Origin: Oligoflexia bacterium | GTDB lineage: Bacteria; Bdellovibrionota; UBA1018 | Assembly (NCBI GenBank): GCA_023701205.1 | Contig: JAMPXJ010000007.1 | Span: 261 to 64,260 of the forward strand | Length of the DNA stretch: 64,000 nt | Reading direction: 5' to 3' | Part shown: positions 58,529 through 64,000 of the stretch, one piece after another | Layout of the letters: the number at the start of each line of letters is the position of its first letter | Numbering within the stretch: position 1 is the first letter of the stretch | Notes under the pieces: generated by a model | Database searches by the model: none | What the model was told of the DNA's origin: nothing | What the model saw: the letters and a program-made list of their open reading frames with translations, nothing else | Position numbers and translations under genes: made by a program

Positions 58529-59605
58529 ATGCTCCTTTATTTCCTGTATCCGCTGCACGTGGAGTACTCGTTCTTCAACGTGTTCAAATACATCACGTTC
58601 CGGACCTTCGGCGCAGCGATTACCAGCGTCTTTTTGTGCATGCTGGCGGGCCCGAGCTTCATCCGGTGGCTCCAGCGCAAGCAGATGGGGCAGTCCATCC
58701 GGGACGACGGCCCCAAGAGCCATCTCTCGAAAAAAGGCACGCCCACCATGGGGGGCGCCCTCATCCTTTTCGCGATGACGGTATCGACCCTGCTCTGGTC
58801 GGATCTCACCAACAAGAACATCTGGATCGTTCTGATCACGACCCTGCTCTTCGGGATCGTGGGTTACGTCGATGACTACAAGAAGGTCGTGAAGAAGAAC
58901 TCCAAAGGCATTTCCGCCCGGCAGAAGCTGATCGGGCAGACCCTCATCGCGGTGGGCGCGGCGTACCTGATCTATCTTTTCCGCGAGGTCCCGCCCGACC
59001 TGAAGTTTCCTTTCTTCAAGGAATTCTCCCTGAATCTCGGCTGGTTCTTCGTCGTGTTCGCCACCTTCGTCATCGTCGGCGCGTCCAACGCGGTCAATCT
59101 GACCGACGGGTTGGATGGCCTGGCAGTCGGCCCCACGATCACGACGGCGGTGACGTTCCTGATCCTGGCCTACTGCGCCGGGCACGTGAAGATCGCCGAA
59201 TACCTCCAGATCCCCTATATTCCCGGCGCCGGCGAGCTCGCGATCTTCCTGGCCAGCGTTGCCGCGGCGTGTTTGGGATTTCTCTGGTTCAATACCTATC
59301 CGGCCCAGGTCTTTATGGGCGACGTCGGCTCCCTCTCCCTGGGGGCTGCCCTCGCGGTCTCCGCGGTCATCACCAAGAATGAAATCCTGCTTGCCCTTTG
59401 CGGCGGTATTTTTGTACTGGAAGCGCTATCGGTGATGGCTCAGGTCGCCTCTTTCAAGATGACCGGAAAACGGGTTCTGAAGATGGCTCCGATCCATCAC
59501 CACTTCGAGCTGAAGGGGTGGGCGGAGCCCAAGGTGATCGTCAGGTTCTGGATCATTTCGATCTTGTTGGCTCTATTCACTCTCTCGACCCTGAAGCTGC
59601 GGTAA
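58529..59605 (+). CDS. mraY: phospho-N-acetylmuramoyl-pentapeptide transferase
   Basis: Ten TM helices. [13 protein letters not shown] and MGDVGSL are MraY signatures. Confidence 0.95.
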   Translation: MLLYFLYPLHVEYSFFNVFKYITFRTFGAAITSVFLCMLAGPSFIRWLQRKQMGQSIRDDGPKSHLSKKGTPTMGGALILFAMTVSTLLWSDLTNKNIWIVLITTLLFGIVGYVDDYKKVVKKNSKGISARQKLIGQTLIAVGAAYLIYLFREVPPDLKFPFFKEFSLNLGWFFVVFATFVIVGASNAVNLTDGLDGLAVGPTITTAVTFLILAYCAGHVKIAEYLQIPYIPGAGELAIFLASVAAACLGFLWFNTYPAQVFMGDVGSLSLGAALAVSAVITKNEILLALCGGIFVLEALSVMAQVASFKMTGKRVLKMAPIHHHFELKGWAEPKVIVRFWIISILLALFTLSTLKLR

Positions 59606-59629
59606 AGCGGTATAAAAGGAAGTTTCGGC

Positions 59630-61012
59630 ATGAGCAAGTTCAAAGGCAAGAAGGTTCTGGTGGTCGGATTCGGACTGTCGGGCGTCGCGGTGGCGAAGTA
59701 CATGGCACGGCAGGGCGCCAAGGTCACGGTGACGGATCTGAAACAGAAGAGCGAGCTCATGGAATCCGTGAATGCCTGCGCCGAGCTGAAGCTCGAGTAC
59801 GAGCTGGGGCGGCACAACAACAAGACCTTCCACTCCGTGGATCTCATCGTCGTGAGCCCCGGCGTCCCGCTCAACATCAAGCCCCTCGAGGAGGCGCGCG
59901 AGAAGAACATCCCGATCACGAGCGAGGTGGAGCTCGCCGCGCAGGCGCTCGAGGAGCCCCTGATCGCGATCACCGGCACCAACGGCAAGACGACCACGAC
60001 CACGATCCTGGGCGAGATGTTCAAGGCAGACGAGAAGCCCGTTTACGTCGGCGGCAACATCGGCAAGCCCTTGCTCGACCATATCGGCTCGGGCGCGACG
60101 GCGCAGGCGGTGGTGGCGGAGCTTTCGAGCTTCCAGCTGGATCTCACCGAAAGGCTCGTCCCCGCCGTGGCGCTTTTCACGAATCTCGAGGAGGACCACC
60201 TCGATCGCTATCCCGACATGCAGGCGTACGTGAGCTCCAAGAAGCGCCTGCTCAAGGCTTGCGACAAGAACTCCTACGTCGTGCTGAATTACGACGATCC
60301 GATCGTCTCGAAGTTCTCGGAGGAGACGCCGGCCAAGGTGCTCTGGTTCACCAAGCGCAACCCCATCGAGATCGGCGGCGACTTCGCCGAGCGTTTCAGC
60401 GGCTGCTATTATCAGGCGAGTCCTCGTGCGATCGTCTGCCGCCTCAACGGCAAGGAAGAGGTCTATCCGCTCGCGCAGTTCCGCCTTTTCGGGGAGCATA
60501 ATCGCGAGAACCTCATGGGTGCCATCTGCACGGCGCGGCTGATGGGTGTCGGCCAGAAGGCGGTCCAGTCCGTGATCGACGGCTTCAAGGGCGTTCCGCA
60601 TCGCCTGGAGTTCGTGCGCAAGAAGGACGGCGTCTTCATCTTCAACGACTCCAAGGCCACGAACGTGATGAGCCTCAAGAGGAGCCTGGCTTCCTTCGTC
60701 AACAACCCGATCATCCTGATCGCGGGAGGCAAGGACAAGAACATGGAGTTCGCGCCGCTCGTCGACCTGGTGCGGACCAAGTGCAAGATCCTGATTCTCC
60801 TGGGCGAGGCCAAGGAGAAGATCAACCGGGCCATCGGCGACCATGCGGAGACCTATCTGGTAGGGACCTTCGAAGAGGCCGTGCTGCTGGCGTTCCAGAA
60901 ATCGCGCAGCGGCGACATCATCCTGCTCTCTCCGGGCTGCTCGAGCTACGACATGTTCCGCAACTTCGAGGAAAGAGGCGACTACTTCAAGAAGCTGGTC
61001 AACCAGCTCTGA
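59630..61012 (+). CDS. murD: UDP-N-acetylmuramoylalanine--D-glutamate ligase
   Basis: KVLVVGFGLSGVA and ITGTNGKTTTT; 460 aa. Confidence 0.9.
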   Translation: MSKFKGKKVLVVGFGLSGVAVAKYMARQGAKVTVTDLKQKSELMESVNACAELKLEYELGRHNNKTFHSVDLIVVSPGVPLNIKPLEEAREKNIPITSEVELAAQALEEPLIAITGTNGKTTTTTILGEMFKADEKPVYVGGNIGKPLLDHIGSGATAQAVVAELSSFQLDLTERLVPAVALFTNLEEDHLDRYPDMQAYVSSKKRLLKACDKNSYVVLNYDDPIVSKFSEETPAKVLWFTKRNPIEIGGDFAERFSGCYYQASPRAIVCRLNGKEEVYPLAQFRLFGEHNRENLMGAICTARLMGVGQKAVQSVIDGFKGVPHRLEFVRKKDGVFIFNDSKATNVMSLKRSLASFVNNPIILIAGGKDKNMEFAPLVDLVRTKCKILILLGEAKEKINRAIGDHAETYLVGTFEEAVLLAFQKSRSGDIILLSPGCSSYDMFRNFEERGDYFKKLVNQL

Positions 61013-61014
61013 TC

Positions 61015-62208
61015 ATGGATCAACCCAAGCCGGCTTCCGACTCCCCCGCGCTTTCGTGCCCCTGGCCGCTGCCGGCGCAGGGGATCGACGTCATGCTGCT
61101 GCTGGCCGTGGTCGGCATGGTGCTTTTCGGCCTGATCATGGTCTACAGCTCGTCTTTCATCTACGCGCAGGAGCGCACGGGCGATGGGTTCGGCTTCATC
61201 AAGAAGCAGCTTCTATTCGCGGGTCTGGGCTTCGGCGCGCTGGTCGCGGCCTGCCGGATGAATTATCGCCGCTGGGCGCAATGGGCCTATCCCGTCCTGG
61301 GCCTTTCGGTGCTTCTTCTGATCGCGGTGATGATTCCGGGCGTGGGCGCGCGCGTGGGCGGCGCCCAGCGCTGGATCCGCCTGGCGGGACTCAACTTCCA
61401 GCCCGGGGAGATCGCGAAGTTCGCGGTCATCTTCTTCGTGGCGGCCCAGCTCGAGCGCAAGCGCGACCGCCTGAACCGGCTCGTGCCGGGCTTCCTTTCG
61501 CATTTCATCGTGCCTTTGCCCGCGCTGCTGTTGCTGCTACTGCAACCGGACTTCGGCACGACGGTGATGATCTGCCTGGTCGTCTTCGCGCTGCTCTTCC
61601 TCGCGGGGGTTCCGAAGCGTTATCTCGCGGCGGGCGCGATCCTCGCCGGGGGCGTCGGGCTCTGGCTCGCGATGGGGACTCCTTATCGCCGGATGCGCCT
61701 GATGACCTTTCTCGATCCCTGGCAGGATCCGATGGGCAGCGGGTTTCAGATCCTCCAATCGCTCGTGGGCCTGCATCATGGCGGGCTCTTCGGCGTGGGC
61801 TTGGGCAACGGGAAGGAGAAGCTCTTTTTCCTGCCCGAGGCGCACAATGATTTCATCTTCGCGGTGATCGGCGAGGAGCTCGGGTTCCTGGGCGTGGGCG
61901 CGGTGATCCTGGGCTATCTCTACTTCATCTTCCGCGGCCTGCGGATCGCTTTCGACTGCCACAAGAAGTACCAGGACCTCTTCGGAATGCTGCTCGCCGC
62001 GGGCATCACGCTCGCACTGGGCTTCCAGGGCTTCGTCAATATGGCGGTGGTGATGGGGCTGCTCCCGACCAAAGGCCTCACGCTTCCGTTCATCAGCTAT
62101 GGCGGCTCGGCCCTGGTCGTGGATCTTTTCGCCGTGGGCGTGCTCCTGAGCGTGGCGCGCGGCCCGCAGCCGCTGAAGGACGGAATCGCCAACGGAGTCG
62201 CGAAATGA
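61015..62208 (+). CDS. ftsW: peptidoglycan glycosyltransferase FtsW (SEDS)
   Basis: Ten TM helices and the SEDS segment PEAHNDFIFAVIGEELG. The ORF track starts at 60781 inside murD, so the start was moved to MDQPKPA. Confidence 0.9.
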   Translation: MDQPKPASDSPALSCPWPLPAQGIDVMLLLAVVGMVLFGLIMVYSSSFIYAQERTGDGFGFIKKQLLFAGLGFGALVAACRMNYRRWAQWAYPVLGLSVLLLIAVMIPGVGARVGGAQRWIRLAGLNFQPGEIAKFAVIFFVAAQLERKRDRLNRLVPGFLSHFIVPLPALLLLLLQPDFGTTVMICLVVFALLFLAGVPKRYLAAGAILAGGVGLWLAMGTPYRRMRLMTFLDPWQDPMGSGFQILQSLVGLHHGGLFGVGLGNGKEKLFFLPEAHNDFIFAVIGEELGFLGVGAVILGYLYFIFRGLRIAFDCHKKYQDLFGMLLAAGITLALGFQGFVNMAVVMGLLPTKGLTLPFISYGGSALVVDLFAVGVLLSVARGPQPLKDGIANGVAK

Positions 62209-63302
62209 GCGGCGGCCTGATCATCGCGGGCGGCGGGACCGGAGGCCACGTGCTCGCGGGCGTCGCGGTCGCGGATGCCTGGCGCGCGCGTGCCGGCGGC
62301 ACCGCACCGGAGGCGGACGGAATCGTTTTCGTCGGGGCGCGCGGCGGTATCGAGGAGAAGCTCGTCCCGCGCGCCGGATATCCTTTGCAGCTTCTGAGGC
62401 TGGGCTCGCTCAACCGCGTGGGCCTGCTCACGCGATTGCGCACGCTTTTTCTCCTTCCGTTCTCGCTCCTGAAGTCGGCGCTGGTCCTGCTCCGGCTGCG
62501 TCCCCGCGCCGTCCTGGGCGTGGGCGGTTACGCTTCGGGCCCGCTGCTCTTGATGGCGCGCGTGCTGACGGCGCTCGGACTTTTGCGCGCCCGCACGGCG
62601 ATCCTGGAGCAGAACTCCGTTCCGGGCATGACCAACCGGATCCTGGGCAAGCTCGTCGACGAGGTTTACTGCGCGTTTCCGGGAATGGAGAGCCAGTTTC
62701 CCGGCAAGAAGGTCATCGTCACGGGAAACCCAACGCGCTCGGCGATCCGGCCGCTCGGGTCCGCGCGGAGGGATCCTTTCACGATCTTCATCTTCGGTGG
62801 GAGCCAGGGGGCGCTCGGGATCAATACGCTCGTGCTGGAGGCGCTGCCGCTTTTCGAGGATCTTCGTGACAAGTTGAAATTCATTCATCAGACCGGCGAG
62901 AAGGATTACGAGCGCGTGGCCGAAGGCTATCGCAAGGCCGGCATCGCCGCGCGCGTCGAGAAATTCATCCATGACATGCCTTCGGCTTATGCCGAGGCTT
63001 CGCTCCTGATCTGCCGCGCGGGCTCTTCGACGCTTTCGGAGATCGCGGCGGTGGGGCGCGCGGCGCTGCTGATCCCGTTCCCTTTCGCTTCGGATAATCA
63101 TCAGGAGAGAAACGCGCGCATCCTGGCCGAGCGCGGGGCGGCGCTGCTCCTCGTGCAGGCGAAGGCGACGGGCGTGGATCTCGCCCGGATCGTCCGCAGG
63201 CTGCAGCAGCACCCCGCGGAGCTGGATCGCATGGAGGCGGCCGTGCGGCAGTTTTACCGTCCTGAGGCCGCGCGCGATGTGGTGAGCGGGTTTCTCGCAT
63301 GA
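62205..63302 (+). CDS. murG: UDP-GlcNAc--undecaprenyl-PP-MurNAc-pentapeptide GlcNAc transferase
   Basis: [12 protein letters not shown] matches the MurG G-loop. 365 aa. Confidence 0.9.
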   Translation: MSGGLIIAGGGTGGHVLAGVAVADAWRARAGGTAPEADGIVFVGARGGIEEKLVPRAGYPLQLLRLGSLNRVGLLTRLRTLFLLPFSLLKSALVLLRLRPRAVLGVGGYASGPLLLMARVLTALGLLRARTAILEQNSVPGMTNRILGKLVDEVYCAFPGMESQFPGKKVIVTGNPTRSAIRPLGSARRDPFTIFIFGGSQGALGINTLVLEALPLFEDLRDKLKFIHQTGEKDYERVAEGYRKAGIAARVEKFIHDMPSAYAEASLLICRAGSSTLSEIAAVGRAALLIPFPFASDNHQERNARILAERGAALLLVQAKATGVDLARIVRRLQQHPAELDRMEAAVRQFYRPEAARDVVSGFLA

Positions 63303-64000
63303 TCGCGCGGCGTTCGAAAAAAAAGGAAGAGACCCAGCTTCACTTCGTCGGCATCGGCGGGATCGGGATGAGCGGGATCGCCGAGGTCTTCCTCAATCAG
63401 GGTTACCCCGTGAGCGGGTCGGACCTGAGCGGCTCGGAGCTCACGGCGAGACTCGAGCGCATGGGCGCGCGGATCGCGATCGGCCATCGCGCGGAGAACA
63501 TCTCCGGCGCGCAGGTCGTGGTGATCTCCTCGGCCGTCCGGCCCGAGAATCCCGAAGTTCAGGAGGCGCGCCGCCTGCGCATCCCGATCATCCCGCGCGC
63601 GGAGATGCTCGGCGAGCTCATGCGCGGCAAGACGGGCGTGGCCGTGGCCGGGACTCATGGCAAAACGACAACGACCTCGATGGTCGCCACGGTCCTCACC
63701 GAGGCGGGACTCGATCCGACGCTCGTGATCGGCGGCAAGGTCGATTCGTTGGGCGGCAACGCGAAGCTCGGCCAAGGTCCCCTGGTCGTGGCCGAAGCCG
63801 ACGAGAGCGACGGTTCGTTCCTGCATCTGCCGGCGACCTACGGCATCGTCACGAACATCGACAACGATCATCTGGATTATTACGGCGACATGGAGCGCGT
63901 CGAGGAGGCGTTCGTTCACTTCGTGAACAAGCTTCCGTTTTACGGCCTGGCTGCCGTCTGCGCGGAGGACCCGCGCGTGCGCGCCTGCCTCACGAGGTTC
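63299..64000 (+). CDS. murC: UDP-N-acetylmuramate--L-alanine ligase (5' part; the gene runs off the right edge of the window)
   Basis: Read directly: [36 protein letters not shown]...[11 protein letters not shown]. No stop before position 64000. Confidence 0.85.
   Translation, partial: MIARRSKKKEETQLHFVGIGGIGMSGIAEVFLNQGYPVSGSDLSGSELTARLERMGARIAIGHRAENISGAQVVVISSAVRPENPEVQEARRLRIPIIPRAEMLGELMRGKTGVAVAGTHGKTTTTSMVATVLTEAGLDPTLVIGGKVDSLGGNAKLGQGPLVVAEADESDGSFLHLPATYGIVTNIDNDHLDYYGDMERVEEAFVHFVNKLPFYGLAAVCAEDPRVRACLTRF

Overview
This 64 kb window is a high-G+C bacterial chromosomal segment, roughly two-thirds G+C judged by eye. It has a Gram-negative-type envelope inventory: lipobox lipoproteins, DegP, PilT, MtgA and an AmgK/MurU recycling pathway. 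Most of it is housekeeping sequence, annotated by recognisable motifs or remembered homologues: a truncated tRNA-Gln at the left edge, then spoVG, clpB, a degP operon, a pilT-GAF operon, anmK plus an amgK-murU-like recycling pair, tandem tyrosine phenol-lyase and tryptophanase paralogues, hutI, dacB, PFOR with a DHOD-like partner, rlmE, mreB with a PilZ gene, a split class-A PBP (mtgA plus a transpeptidase-only PBP), a PAS histidine kinase, cysK, and at the right end a dcw cluster (rsmH-ftsL-ftsI-murE-mraY-murD-ftsW-murG-murC) that lacks mraZ and murF. The less ordinary content falls in five places. (1) At 27.3-31.6 kb a PLD-superfamily lipoprotein is transcribed divergently from an 864-aa protein that fuses a glutamine-synthetase/GCS2-like amidoligase domain to a circularly permuted ATP-grasp domain, a two-ligase architecture suggesting synthesis of a peptide-like product. 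(2) At 31.6-35.6 kb a lower-G+C island carries an N-terminally truncated MNT-type nucleotidyltransferase remnant (in frame right after the ligase stop), an archaeal-type AAA ATPase, an AT-rich divergent promoter region and a 792-aa secreted protein with PD40 beta-propeller repeats and a C-terminal HExxH motif. (3) At 50.8-52.0 kb a 10-Cys small secreted peptide is translationally coupled to a secreted 316-aa protein. (4) At 19.6-20.6 kb there is a low-G+C orphan secreted protein. (5) At 24.7-25.3 kb a Flp-like pilin mini-ORF sits directly upstream of a zincin gene. No CRISPR array, rRNA or intact transposase was seen. All functional calls rest on motifs visible in the translations and on remembered family signatures; no database search was run.
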